From the NCBI GenBank assembly GCA_050730835.1, contig JBOHNS010000003.1:1-59035 (forward strand): DNA of 59,035 bases. The letters run 5' to 3'. This document shows positions 34,258 through 43,461 of this stretch, one piece after another. Position numbers and translations under genes: made by a program. Source of the DNA: Candidatus Saccharimonadales bacterium (GTDB lineage: Bacteria; Patescibacteriota; Saccharimonadia; Saccharimonadales; UBA4665). Under the pieces are notes generated by a model. That model had not been told where the DNA came from and searched no databases. It worked only from the letters and a program-made list of their open reading frames with translations. The first letter of the stretch is position 1. The number at the start of each line of letters is the position of its first letter.

Positions 34258-36435
34258 TCAGTTTTTTACAGCCGCTAAAGCGCGAGGTTGGCTGGCGGGC
34301 GGCAAAACGGCTGGAGCGGTTTTTGGAAAAGTGAAGCCGAATGTGCTGCCACGACCCTCCTGGCTATCAAAAATTATGGCGCCGCCTTCGCCCACAATAA
34401 CTTTTTGGGCCATAAATAATCCCAGGCCCGTGCCGTCCGGCCGAACTGTCCGAGCATTGGCGGCGCGGTAAAATTTGGTGAATAAATGATGCTGCTCGTG
34501 CCGCGGCACGCCGATACCATTATCGATAATTTTCAGCTCCACGCTGTTTGGCTTATCGCCCAACTTGATTGTAATTTTACCGCCGGCCGGCGTGTAATAA
34601 ATGGCGTTATCCAAAAAGTTCATAATCACTTGGCGAGTCTTATTTTCGTCCAGGTTCATTAACGGAAAATTCGCTGGTTTATGGTAATGCAGACTTAGCT
34701 TGCGCGAACCAAAAGTTTCCTGCAACTGGCCGATTTCATCACTAATAATATCAGCCAGATTAACAAGCGTAGGCTCAATCACAAATTTGCCGGTCTTCAG
34801 CCGCGACACATCCAATAAGTCGGTAATCAAAAATATCATGCGCTCAGAACTGCTAAACGCTTGGCTCAAAAAATGCTTTTGCTCGGAGCTGATTGCGCCG
34901 GCATCACCCTCCAAAACCATGCTCAAATAACCTTTTATCGATGTCAGCGGCGTGCGTAATTGGTGCGAGGCCATGGAAATAAAGTCATCTTTGGTCTCGT
35001 CGAGCTGGCGCAATTTCTGGTTGGATAATTTTAATTCTCTGGTGGCTTGGCCGATTTTTTGCTGCAGCGTGCTATTAAATTCCTGGATTTGCTGCAGTCG
35101 CAAAACGTTTTGCAGGCTAATGGCGATTTCTTCGGCCGCCGTGGTTAATAGCTTAATGTCGACGCTCGGATAAGTCGCGCCGGAATTTTTATAGCCCAAA
35201 ATTATAAAGCCCATGGCTGATGGGCCAGTCGCCAGCCGCGCTGCCAGCGCCACGCCGTTTTCGGCGAAAAGTTTGGCCAGTTTGGACGGCCTGTCTTGCA
35301 GCTCCCGGGCAATCATAAGCGGCTTTTTGGCGCAATGTTTGATGAGCGCCTCGAGCAACTCGGCATCATCGCCAGCCGATTTTGGCTCCTGATCAATAAT
35401 TATAAAACGCACAAAGGCCGGCTTGAGCGCTTTTTGCAGTACCAAACCGGCCGACTTTTTGAGCGCCGGCAAATCACCAGCCTGAACCAGCGCGTGGCTG
35501 AGCTGATTCAGCACATCCTGCGGGTCATAAGCATCTTGATAAAATAATTTATCCGTCAGCTCATCAAAAAACTGCTTCAGCCGCGTAAACAATAAAGCAG
35601 CCACGCCGGTCGCCACCGACAAAAATATCTGCACTAGCAAAGCAAAATGCAAATCAAAAACGTAATCGGCCAGCCCAAAAATTATAAAACCATAACCGCT
35701 TGCCAAAACGACAATCGACAAACCATAAGCCAGCGCCCGCGCCGCCGCCAAACGAATATCAAACATACGATGCTTGACAATGGCGTAAACCATCGCGGCA
35801 GCGAACAAAACCGAAAACACCGGCCCCAGCCAAACCACACTATAAAACCCAAAACTCGGCAATATCAAATCAAACAACGTGCCGCTCACGCCGGCCGCTA
35901 CGATGCCAGAAAAAATCCAGCGCAATTGGGCCTTTTTAACAGCTTTGAATTTTTTTAAACCGCTGGCAAAAGTCAGCAAAACCACCAAAAACATGATTAC
36001 AAACAGGCAGCTAAAAACGCTTTGCCCGACCGCATTGAAAATCAAAGCTTTGTGCCCAGGCAGCAAATTGACGCGCTCCACGATGCTGGCCGGCCAGACA
36101 ACAATCAGACCTACGAAGGCCGCGACTGGCAAGCCGTAGATCAAAGCGCGCCGCTTGAGGCCAGTCTGGCCAATCCAAAAACCGGCAAACAGCGCCATAA
36201 AATAAACGATCAAAAGCGCCGCAATATAATAAATATCAGCATAAATCATAGCCCGCTCGGCGCTGCCGGCCACCAAAAACAAAGCGATGCCAACGCTCCA
36301 CAGCGCCACACCAGCGCTCATCAATAAAAACATGCTATTGGCGATTCGTCGCCAGTCGCGCAGCTGTACGAACAATCCGAGAAACAGATTCAAGGCGCCG
36401 GCAACTAAAATGCTGGTTATTTCGGCTGTCTGCAT
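34258..36435 (-). CDS. Sensor histidine kinase with a multi-TM N-terminal domain
   Basis: At least 6 TM segments. H-box ISMASHQLRTPLTSIKGYL, N-box MNFLDNAIYYTP, G-boxes IDNGIGVP and GTGLGLFMA. Confidence 0.85.
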   Translation of the reverse strand: MQTAEITSILVAGALNLFLGLFVQLRDWRRIANSMFLLMSAGVALWSVGIALFLVAGSAERAMIYADIYYIAALLIVYFMALFAGFWIGQTGLKRRALIYGLPVAAFVGLIVVWPASIVERVNLLPGHKALIFNAVGQSVFSCLFVIMFLVVLLTFASGLKKFKAVKKAQLRWIFSGIVAAGVSGTLFDLILPSFGFYSVVWLGPVFSVLFAAAMVYAIVKHRMFDIRLAAARALAYGLSIVVLASGYGFIIFGLADYVFDLHFALLVQIFLSVATGVAALLFTRLKQFFDELTDKLFYQDAYDPQDVLNQLSHALVQAGDLPALKKSAGLVLQKALKPAFVRFIIIDQEPKSAGDDAELLEALIKHCAKKPLMIARELQDRPSKLAKLFAENGVALAARLATGPSAMGFIILGYKNSGATYPSVDIKLLTTAAEEIAISLQNVLRLQQIQEFNSTLQQKIGQATRELKLSNQKLRQLDETKDDFISMASHQLRTPLTSIKGYLSMVLEGDAGAISSEQKHFLSQAFSSSERMIFLITDLLDVSRLKTGKFVIEPTLVNLADIISDEIGQLQETFGSRKLSLHYHKPANFPLMNLDENKTRQVIMNFLDNAIYYTPAGGKITIKLGDKPNSVELKIIDNGIGVPRHEQHHLFTKFYRAANARTVRPDGTGLGLFMAQKVIVGEGGAIIFDSQEGRGSTFGFTFPKTAPAVLPPASQPRALAAVKN

Positions 36436-36438
36436 TTT

Positions 36439-37488
36439 TTAAGCGCTCTTTTTGACGACGAATACGTTGTAGGCGCCGTCAGTTGGTTGATAAATTTCGA
36501 GGCTCATTTTTTGCTCGCTAAACGCGCGGCGGATTAAAGTCACGACCATTTCTGCTGAGCGCGGCTTTACGCCCGGCCAGCCGGCGCCGCGCTTGCTCAA
36601 ATTAATCTGCTTGTGCTTGCGGCGCATATTGGCTAGCAATATCAGGCCATCGGTTTTTACTAACGAGCTAGCCGTTTGCAACAATTGCACGCAAGACCGG
36701 TCATTCAGATATTCAAAAATGCCCATCATTTCCACGACGTCGGACCCGCCGGCGCCAAATTTTTTGATAAGTTCAGCTCGCCGCAGAATATTAATTTCCA
36801 GAGTTTTGAGCTGAGTCGATTTCATGCCTTCGTATTGGGCAATTTCGGCGGCGATTTTTAGCGCCACCGGATCAAGATCGGCTAGTTGCAATCGGCATTT
36901 ACTAGCCGGCAGGCCAGATGCGGCTAGCATCAAAAAGCCTGGCGCGGCTGTGCCGCCGGCTAGACTTGTCCAGGTCAAACTGGTTAGGTTTTGCTCGCGG
37001 ACATATTGTTCTGTCAGCCAAGCGCCAACCACCGTACGTGTCCGAATGCCGATGGCGTCAAGCGCGTGGCGAAACATACGCCGCATTAGAAAATCAATTT
37101 TCTCGCCGCTGGCCAGTCCGGACAATTCCGGATGGTGCATAGGTTCCAGCGCCAGTGAGTCCGGCATCAATTTGGCCCAAGCCGAAAAAACCGGCATGAG
37201 CTGCAGCGCCCGGCGCGCCCGATTATTTGGATGATCAAAAGTAAGCTCCGGCCGGCGCCGCAAATAGCGTTCCAGGCCAGCCGAAAAAGCTTGCGTACCC
37301 AAACGCTCCAGTTGATATCGATTGCCTTGGTAGCCGTCTTTAACGCTTAGCCGCACAACTGTAAATCCGCCGTCGCGCGGCAGGCGCTTTTTGACGTGCA
37401 CCATTTTGGCCGCGCCGCGCCGGTCAATCATTTTACGCACATGCGCTTTATTTAAATTCAAGCTATTTTTTGATGACAGCATTTTCAC
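36439..37488 (-). CDS. Putative class I SAM-dependent methyltransferase
   Basis: Motif-I-like SLAGGTAAPG, then ADLDP and VVEMMGIFEYL. Weak recognition. 4-nt overlap with the upstream hydrolase. Confidence 0.45.
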   Translation of the reverse strand: MKMLSSKNSLNLNKAHVRKMIDRRGAAKMVHVKKRLPRDGGFTVVRLSVKDGYQGNRYQLERLGTQAFSAGLERYLRRRPELTFDHPNNRARRALQLMPVFSAWAKLMPDSLALEPMHHPELSGLASGEKIDFLMRRMFRHALDAIGIRTRTVVGAWLTEQYVREQNLTSLTWTSLAGGTAAPGFLMLAASGLPASKCRLQLADLDPVALKIAAEIAQYEGMKSTQLKTLEINILRRAELIKKFGAGGSDVVEMMGIFEYLNDRSCVQLLQTASSLVKTDGLILLANMRRKHKQINLSKRGAGWPGVKPRSAEMVVTLIRRAFSEQKMSLEIYQPTDGAYNVFVVKKSA

Positions 37489-38252
37489 TCCGCTGGTAAT
37501 TTATCGACTGGGCATACGGAAGCCAAAGCTTGGCCAATGTTAGTTTTAAGTAACGGCTCAAAAAACGGCAGCCATTCGTCCATGCCCCAAAAAGCCCGGA
37601 TAATGGTCGCAATGTGTTTGTTGGTCGCTAGCGGCACAAAAGTCAGGTCTAGCCCCAAATTTTTTGCTTCATCAAGTAAAATTTTGGTATTAGAATGCTT
37701 AATCACCGGATCGTTCAGGCTGCCAAAAACCAAAATTGGCCGCTTGCCAATTAAATGCAGTTGGTGCAATGGCTCAATCGCCTCAAAAATTTTATAGGCC
37801 TCAGCTAGGCCCAGATTTTTGTTAATCAAAGTCTGCCTCATATGATTAAGCGGCAAATAATCCCAAACCTGAAGCGCCGTACTGCCATAAACCGTAACCA
37901 GCAAAATCCGCTCAAAGTCGTTAATAATTTTAGCGGCTCTAAGCGCCATAATCGAACCAGCGCTGGCGCCAATCATGCCAAATTTAATTCCAGGATAAAC
38001 GCTTTTATAAGCCTTGACCCGGGCAGCCATATCGTCAACTATGTTATGGCTTAGCGGTACTAGCTCTTCTGGATCAGATCTTAAAAACGGATGGTAATCA
38101 TAGCTTTGCAGCAAAAATCCGCGCCGGTTTAGCACTCTAAAAACCGGTTGATAATACCAATACTTAGTCCCTAGACTAGCCACAAAAAATATAATCGCAC
38201 GCGGCGGCCCATCTGGCTGGTAGGATACGCTTCGAAAACTAAGTTTTGCCAT
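37485..38252 (-). CDS. Alpha/beta-fold hydrolase
   Basis: Nucleophile elbow GASAGS (FGMIGASAGSIMAL). Confidence 0.55.
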   Translation of the reverse strand: MAKLSFRSVSYQPDGPPRAIIFFVASLGTKYWYYQPVFRVLNRRGFLLQSYDYHPFLRSDPEELVPLSHNIVDDMAARVKAYKSVYPGIKFGMIGASAGSIMALRAAKIINDFERILLVTVYGSTALQVWDYLPLNHMRQTLINKNLGLAEAYKIFEAIEPLHQLHLIGKRPILVFGSLNDPVIKHSNTKILLDEAKNLGLDLTFVPLATNKHIATIIRAFWGMDEWLPFFEPLLKTNIGQALASVCPVDKLPAE

Positions 38253-38337
38253 AATAATTTTTGTTTTATTAGTTAGTATTCGTTAGTATAAAGCTATAGC
38301 AAATCATTTTCAAGCTTTCTAACTTTAGGACAAAATT

Positions 38338-38709
38338 ATGGCAAAAATCGCGATCATCGAAGACGAGCAAACCATTTCCGAAATGTATCGGCTGAAATTC
38401 GAGCTGGAAGGTTTTGATGTAGAAACAGCCGAAAACGGCAAGCTCGGCCTGAAATTATTAGAAAAAATGAAACCCGATATCGTGCTGCTCGACATCATGA
38501 TGCCAGAAATGAACGGCGACGAAGTGCTAGCAAAAACTCGCGGGCAAAGCTGGGGCAAAAATCTAAAAGTCATTGTCCTAACTAACGGTGGCGAGCAAGA
38601 AATCCCGCCCAGCCTGAAAAATTTAGGCGTCGCCGCCGTGGTCCTAAAATCCGACATGACGCCCCACGAAGTCGCCGATCTAGTAAAAAACCAGCTCGCC
38701 AAAACTTAA
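38338..38709 (+). CDS. Single-domain response regulator (receiver only)
   Basis: IAIIEDEQ...PDIVLLDIMMPEMNG...VIVLTN...K: CheY-like D/D/T/K pattern with no output domain. Confidence 0.85.
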   Translation: MAKIAIIEDEQTISEMYRLKFELEGFDVETAENGKLGLKLLEKMKPDIVLLDIMMPEMNGDEVLAKTRGQSWGKNLKVIVLTNGGEQEIPPSLKNLGVAAVVLKSDMTPHEVADLVKNQLAKT

Positions 38710-38740
38710 TTTTGGCTTTTATAACTGTTAAAATAAAATT

Positions 38741-39817
38741 ATGAGTTTAAGTATAGGCATTATCGGTTTGCCAAATGTTGGCAAATCAACTTTGTTTAAC
38801 GCGCTAGCCGACAATAATGTTTTGGCAGCCAATTATCCATTCGCCACGATTGAGCCAAACACTGGAACCGTGCCGGTGCCGGACGAACGCTTAGCCGAGC
38901 TGGCCGGACTTTATAAAACACAAAAAATTGTAGCGGCCAGCGTAACATTTATAGATATTGCCGGCTTGGTTGCCGGCGCGGCTGAGGGCGAAGGCCTTGG
39001 CAACCAATTTTTAAGCCACATCCGCAGCTGCAACGCGCTTGTGCAGGTTGTCCGAATTTTCGAAGACGACAATGTTATAAATAGTAGCGGCGAGGCGCCT
39101 GATGCCAAAAAAGACATTGGGGTAATTACAACCGAGCTGGTGCTGGCGGATCTACAGACCGTCGACAATCGCCTGCCCAAACTAGACAAAGAATCGCGCG
39201 CCAATCCCAAGCTGCGGCCGCGAGTCGAAAACCTGCAAACCGCTAGAAATTTATTAGACGCCGGCCAGCCAATATGGCAAAAGCCAGAACTAATTACCGG
39301 CCTGGCAGATTTACAATTACTAACTGCCAAGCCAATAATTTATGTTTTTAATTGCAACGAAAATGATTTAAATAACTGTCAAATGAACACAAAATATACT
39401 CAATTAGTCGCGCCGGCCAAAGCAATTTTTATTTCAGCAAAACTAGAAGACGAATTGCGCAGTCTCGATGAAGATGACAGATCGGAAATGCTGGCCAGCT
39501 ACGGCCAGAGCAAGTCCGGGTTAGACCAACTAATCCGTGCTGCCTACGACACGCTAGGCTTGCAAAGTTTCCTAACGGCCGGCGCAAAAGAAGTTCGCGC
39601 CTGGACAATTAAAAAAGCTACCAGCGCACCGCAAGCCGCCGGCGTAATTCACGGCGATTTCCAGCGCGGCTTCATCGCCGCCCAAATAATTGATTATGAC
39701 GACCTAATATCAGCTGGCTCTGAAGCCGCAGCCAAATCAGCCGGAAAAATTAGAACCGAAGGCAAAGACTATATTATGCAACCCAATGATATAGCTGAGT
39801 TTAGATTTAACGTCTAG
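38741..39817 (+). CDS. ychF: Redox-regulated ATPase YchF
   Basis: GIIGLPNVGKSTLFNAL, ANYPFATIEPN, C-terminal TGS/YchF domain RAWTIKKATSAPQAAGVIHGDFQRGFI. Confidence 0.9.
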   Translation: MSLSIGIIGLPNVGKSTLFNALADNNVLAANYPFATIEPNTGTVPVPDERLAELAGLYKTQKIVAASVTFIDIAGLVAGAAEGEGLGNQFLSHIRSCNALVQVVRIFEDDNVINSSGEAPDAKKDIGVITTELVLADLQTVDNRLPKLDKESRANPKLRPRVENLQTARNLLDAGQPIWQKPELITGLADLQLLTAKPIIYVFNCNENDLNNCQMNTKYTQLVAPAKAIFISAKLEDELRSLDEDDRSEMLASYGQSKSGLDQLIRAAYDTLGLQSFLTAGAKEVRAWTIKKATSAPQAAGVIHGDFQRGFIAAQIIDYDDLISAGSEAAAKSAGKIRTEGKDYIMQPNDIAEFRFNV

Positions 39818-39820
39818 CCA

Positions 39821-39975
39821 GGAAGAGCAGCCGGACAAAATGTATTCCATTTTGCCCGCGCGATGATATTTGAGCGGTTAGCGAAAATATATGCCGAGCC
39901 AGAGAAATCAATTCCTCAAAAGTAAAAGATTTCTCTGCGCGAAGCTATAGAAACCCGCTTGCGGGTGTCTCATAG
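39821..39975 (+). repeat. Family R1, copy b (appears to carry an internal insertion)
   Basis: GGAAGAGCAGC, hairpin CGGACAAAATGTATTCCATTTTGCCCG, CGCGATGA, about 85 extra nt, then AAACCCGCTTGCGGGTGTCTCAT. Confidence 0.45.
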
Positions 39976-40051
39976 GCGTTATGCAGCCAAACGACGTAGC
40001 AGAATTCCGCTTCAACGTTTCAAAGTAACTCACTTCAATTAATCACTGACT

Positions 40052-40139
40052 GGAAAGAGCAGCGTGCGGTTTGCGCCAGCAAATTCGGCTTTTGCCGAAA
40101 GTACGCGATGAGAAAACCGCGTTAGCGGTTGTCTCATGG
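40052..40139 (+). repeat. Family R1, copy c
   Basis: GGAAAGAGCAGC, a variable hairpin region, then CGCGATGAGAAAACCGCGTTAGCGGTTGTCTCATGG. Confidence 0.6.
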
Positions 40140-40140
40140 T

Positions 40141-40833
40141 TTAGCGAGCATAATAGCGCCGGCGCGAATAAGGCAACTTGGCGTTAGCCAATCTTTGGGC
40201 TGTCAATTTATCGGCGTCCGAAACCGGCCAATTCATCGGCACGTAGTTGACGCTTTGTCTGGCATTTTGGACTTGGACTGGATTGGGCTGGCTATTATCG
40301 GCCGAGTAATTTTGGTATTCAGCCGGTGGCAGCGGTACAAAATAGACTGGCTGCGCCGCTTGAAATTGTTGCGGAGCTAGGTTGGGCTGCGTTTGAGTCG
40401 TCTGAGCATTCGATGCTTGAGTAGAATTAGAGCTTGAACCATTTTTTAGTTCATTTATTTTTTCTTGCGAATAGGTGAAAACGCGGTGCAACTGCTGATA
40501 ATTCCAGCCATTGAAAGTCAAATCTCTGTTTGTAGAGTTGACGCGAATTGTGGCGTTCACCAACCGCCGGCTGAAATCCACCTGGCTAATTTTGTCGTAC
40601 CAAATGGTCTGGACATTGAAAAACAGTGGCTTGCGATCAATCAGTATTAGCCGCTGGTTGGTCGCGGCCAGCATGCCAAAACCGCCCTCGTAATAACCAT
40701 TGACGCATTGCTCAACCTTCTCGTCCTCGTGCAAAACTTTACTAAGCTCCTTGACGCGAGCCGAATCCCAAATGCCGGATTTTCTAAAATTTATCTTTCT
40801 TAGCTGAGATTCGAGTTTGTGTAAACTTAACAT
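40141..40833 (-). CDS. PH-domain (YokE/GRAM-like) protein with a Gln/Asn-rich C-terminus
   Basis: EKVEQCVNGYYEGGFGMLAATNQRLILIDRKPLFFNVQTIWYDKISQVDF matches the bacterial PH-like fold pattern. Confidence 0.5.
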   Translation of the reverse strand: MLSLHKLESQLRKINFRKSGIWDSARVKELSKVLHEDEKVEQCVNGYYEGGFGMLAATNQRLILIDRKPLFFNVQTIWYDKISQVDFSRRLVNATIRVNSTNRDLTFNGWNYQQLHRVFTYSQEKINELKNGSSSNSTQASNAQTTQTQPNLAPQQFQAAQPVYFVPLPPAEYQNYSADNSQPNPVQVQNARQSVNYVPMNWPVSDADKLTAQRLANAKLPYSRRRYYAR

Positions 40834-41067
40834 TATGCCTCCTTTTTAAAAGGGTTAAAATATTATAGCCTTTAAAATTATTTTATTATTTATTGTTTTA
40901 TTGAAAGGCTAGTGCAAGCTACTATATTGCTGTTTCAAATTTTAAACGGTTGGCTAATTCACAAAAACCATAAGATTTTAATCACAAACGCTCTAGAGAC
41001 AATTACTTCAAACGAGCTTATAAATAGCTTTAAATTAATTGGGTTAGTTTGCCCGACATGCCATAAT

Positions 41068-41723
41068 ATGGCTATGCTAACCGAGCAACACCAGTTACAA
41101 ATATTGGTCAAATTTTTTCATAAGGGCAAACGACTAGAGTACAAAAAAAGCCAGTATGTCATTCGGCCGGGCGAAGCGCCGGCTGGGGTTTTTATGTGGA
41201 ATCTGGCCTGGTCAAAGCCTATGATATCACCAAATATGGCGAAGAAAATTTGCTAATAATCCGAAAACCAGGCGAATTTTTGGGGTTGACTTGGGCCATA
41301 ACCGGCCAAGACCGGCAAATTGTCTACGAAACTTTGGACGCCACGACAGTTTGGCGGGTTTCGCGGCGCAAATTTATAGCCTTCATTCGCGAGCAGCCGG
41401 AAGCCGCGCTGCCTTTGCTTGATATGGTGACTAATATGTACCGTTTGCATTCCGAGCACATTTTGAGCCTGGAATATCGCACCGTGCGCGAGCGGCTAAT
41501 ATCATATTTGCTCTACACCGCCAATCGCTTTGGCGCAGTCCAACCCAGCGGCAAAATTTTACTAAACGTGCCGCTGCGCCATCAAGACATCGCCAGCTCC
41601 ATCAGCTGCAGCCGCGAAACCACCAGCCGTGCCATCGGCGAGCTGGAACGCAAAGGGCTTTTGACCAACAAGCAACTTTTTATAACACTCAAAAATCTCG
41701 ACGAATTGCGCAGTTATCTATAG
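41068..41723 (+). pseudogene. Crp/Fnr-family regulator gene interrupted by a 1-nt frameshift in a T5 run (41189..41193)
   Basis: Frame A (from ATG 41068) gives ...YKKSQYVIRPGEAPAGVF. Frame B continues YVESGLVKAYDITKYGEENLLIIRKPGEFLG... (cNMP-binding fold) and ends with the HTH RHQDIASSISCSRETTSRAIGELERKGLL. One extra T would fuse them. Confidence 0.65.
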
Positions 41724-41810
41724 TTTGGAAGTTAGAAGATGGAATTTGGAATATGGCAATAAGCTACGCTGCTTTCTAAGAAAATAATCGCGCCAGCGAT
41801 CGCCGCTAAG

Positions 41811-41866
41811 CCACCTTCCACCTTCCACCTTCCACCTTACACCTTACACCTTACACCTTACACCTT
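41811..41866. repeat. Compound heptamer microsatellite (CCACCTT)4(ACACCTT)4
   Basis: Read directly, between the convergent 3' ends of the Crp-like gene and the PRTase gene. Confidence 0.9.
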
Positions 41867-41878
41867 ATAAATTCTAAC

Positions 41879-42565
41879 TCACTTCCAATTCAAAATCACG
41901 CTCTTGATCATAGCGATAACCGCCTCGTGGTCCGGCTGATCGTTTGTTTCATAATAATGATCGGTTTCGATATAGTCGCTGGCCACGCTCAAACAAACTA
42001 TTTCATCGGCCATAATGTGCATGTGGTCGACGGCTGGAACGCTAGCAATCGGCGTCGCGATAATTAGTTTTTCGATACTAATCGGCTTCAAAAAATCGGC
42101 CGCGACGTCCAGCGAAAAGCCGCTCTTCAGACCGTCGGACACCAAAATCACGTTATGACCCTTCAGTAAATCTTTGCTGATCAAACCGCCATCACCAATT
42201 AACCGGTTCATTTCGTGCGTCAGCTGAAAGCGCTGCTGGTCGATCAAGTTGCGATATTCTTCGCGTAATTCTTCCAAATCGCCCGTCGAATATTCCTGGT
42301 TATAAGTCAGCGTGCCTTCCTGGCTGACGGCGGCCAAAGCATTCGGCTCGCGCGGCAAAACAATCGGCGAGCTCATCAGCATCGTCAAAACTGAGTGCAA
42401 ACTGATGGCAATTTCCGCGGCCACCATCACCGAACTATCGCTCAGCGCCACCACCGCGCAGTTTTCGTAGCGATAATCGGCCGCCAATTTTTCGGCCAGC
42501 AGCTTGCCCGCTTGATCGCGGCTGGCAAAATACATTGAGCCCGTTTTCATTTCGTTGCTAGCCAT
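41879..42565 (-). CDS. Phosphoribosyltransferase-family protein
   Basis: PRPP-binding-like motif NVILVSDGLKSGFS. N-terminus FASRDQAGKLLAEKL is typical of predicted PRTases. Confidence 0.55.
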   Translation of the reverse strand: MASNEMKTGSMYFASRDQAGKLLAEKLAADYRYENCAVVALSDSSVMVAAEIAISLHSVLTMLMSSPIVLPREPNALAAVSQEGTLTYNQEYSTGDLEELREEYRNLIDQQRFQLTHEMNRLIGDGGLISKDLLKGHNVILVSDGLKSGFSLDVAADFLKPISIEKLIIATPIASVPAVDHMHIMADEIVCLSVASDYIETDHYYETNDQPDHEAVIAMIKSVILNWK

Positions 42566-42718
42566 CCTAATCCAAGTTTACCATTTGCAAGCAGCTTTTT
42601 CAGTAGCAATAATTAGCAAATAATGGTTTTTTGGTAGTCAAAAGCAGCTTAAGCTGCTTTAATAATAAATCGCTTTAGCGGTTCAATAATGCCATATTCC
42701 GCCACTAACTACCATCTA

Positions 42719-43450
42719 CTATTTACCAACTACTAACTTATAAAACCGTTCCTGGTTGCCTTTGGCGCCCAAAACTCTCAAGTCGGCTTTGGCCAGGGTA
42801 ACAAAATATTGTTTGGCCCAGCTTTCAAAATCTTTGAAAATATCGCGCCGCAAATGATCATTTTTGATAACGCCTTTATGTTTGAAATTTGAGCTAGCAG
42901 CTTCAAACTGCGGCTTGACCATGGCCACTATTTGGGTTTTTTGACAACTAAGCCGCGCTATGCTAGGCAAAATTTCGCGCAAAGATATAAAGCTGACGTC
43001 GATCACGACAATATCCGGAACTTCTGATAGTTCACGCACATCGCGAACATCGGTTTGCTCATATAGTTCAATTTTTGGATTACCGCGCAAGCTGGATGCC
43101 AACTGGTTTGTGCCAACCTCAATATCAATTACTTTTCTAGCCGCGCGGCGCAACGCGTAATCCGTAAATCCGCCCGTGGAACTACCGACATCCAGAACAA
43201 CTTTTCCGCTAAAGTCTAAATCTAGCGCCGTAGCTACCGAAGCCAACTTCAGCGCCGCCCGACTAACATATTGTTCGCTAGCGACAAGTTCCAGACTAGC
43301 TTTTTCATCAACAAAAAATCCCGGTTTAGCAACCACCCGCCCAGCAACTTTCACCTGCCCAAGTTTAATATAACTCTCCGCCTGGCTACGAGTTGTGACC
43401 AAGCCTTTAGCTACTAGCGCTTGATCGAGCCGTAATTTAGAATTTGCCAT
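42719..43450 (-). CDS. tlyA: TlyA-family rRNA 2'-O-methyltransferase (S4 + FtsJ domains)
   Basis: RLDQALVAKGLVTTRSQAESYIKLGQVKV (S4) and VLDVGSSTGGFTDYAL (SAM motif I). Confidence 0.85.
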   Translation of the reverse strand: MANSKLRLDQALVAKGLVTTRSQAESYIKLGQVKVAGRVVAKPGFFVDEKASLELVASEQYVSRAALKLASVATALDLDFSGKVVLDVGSSTGGFTDYALRRAARKVIDIEVGTNQLASSLRGNPKIELYEQTDVRDVRELSEVPDIVVIDVSFISLREILPSIARLSCQKTQIVAMVKPQFEAASSNFKHKGVIKNDHLRRDIFKDFESWAKQYFVTLAKADLRVLGAKGNQERFYKLVVGK

Positions 43451-43461
43451 GCTAATAACGG

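Noticed and set aside
39821-39870. SRP (4.5S) RNA, suggested by CCAGGAAGAGCAGCCGG resembling the domain IV GGAAGCAGCC motif
   Set aside because: The motif occurs in at least five dispersed copies, and the surrounding sequence lacks the closing helix and conserved 5'-strand of SRP RNA. It is treated as repeat family R1 instead.
40912-41067. N-terminal 52 codons of the track ORF 40912..41256
   Set aside because: The Crp-like similarity begins only after the ATG at 41068. The upstream part is AT-rich promoter-like sequence with an unlikely peptide.
41811-41866. CRISPR array as the explanation for the tandem repeats here and at 28556 and 17420
   Set aside because: The units are 7 nt long and directly abutting, with no spacers and no cas genes. 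They are microsatellites, not CRISPRs.
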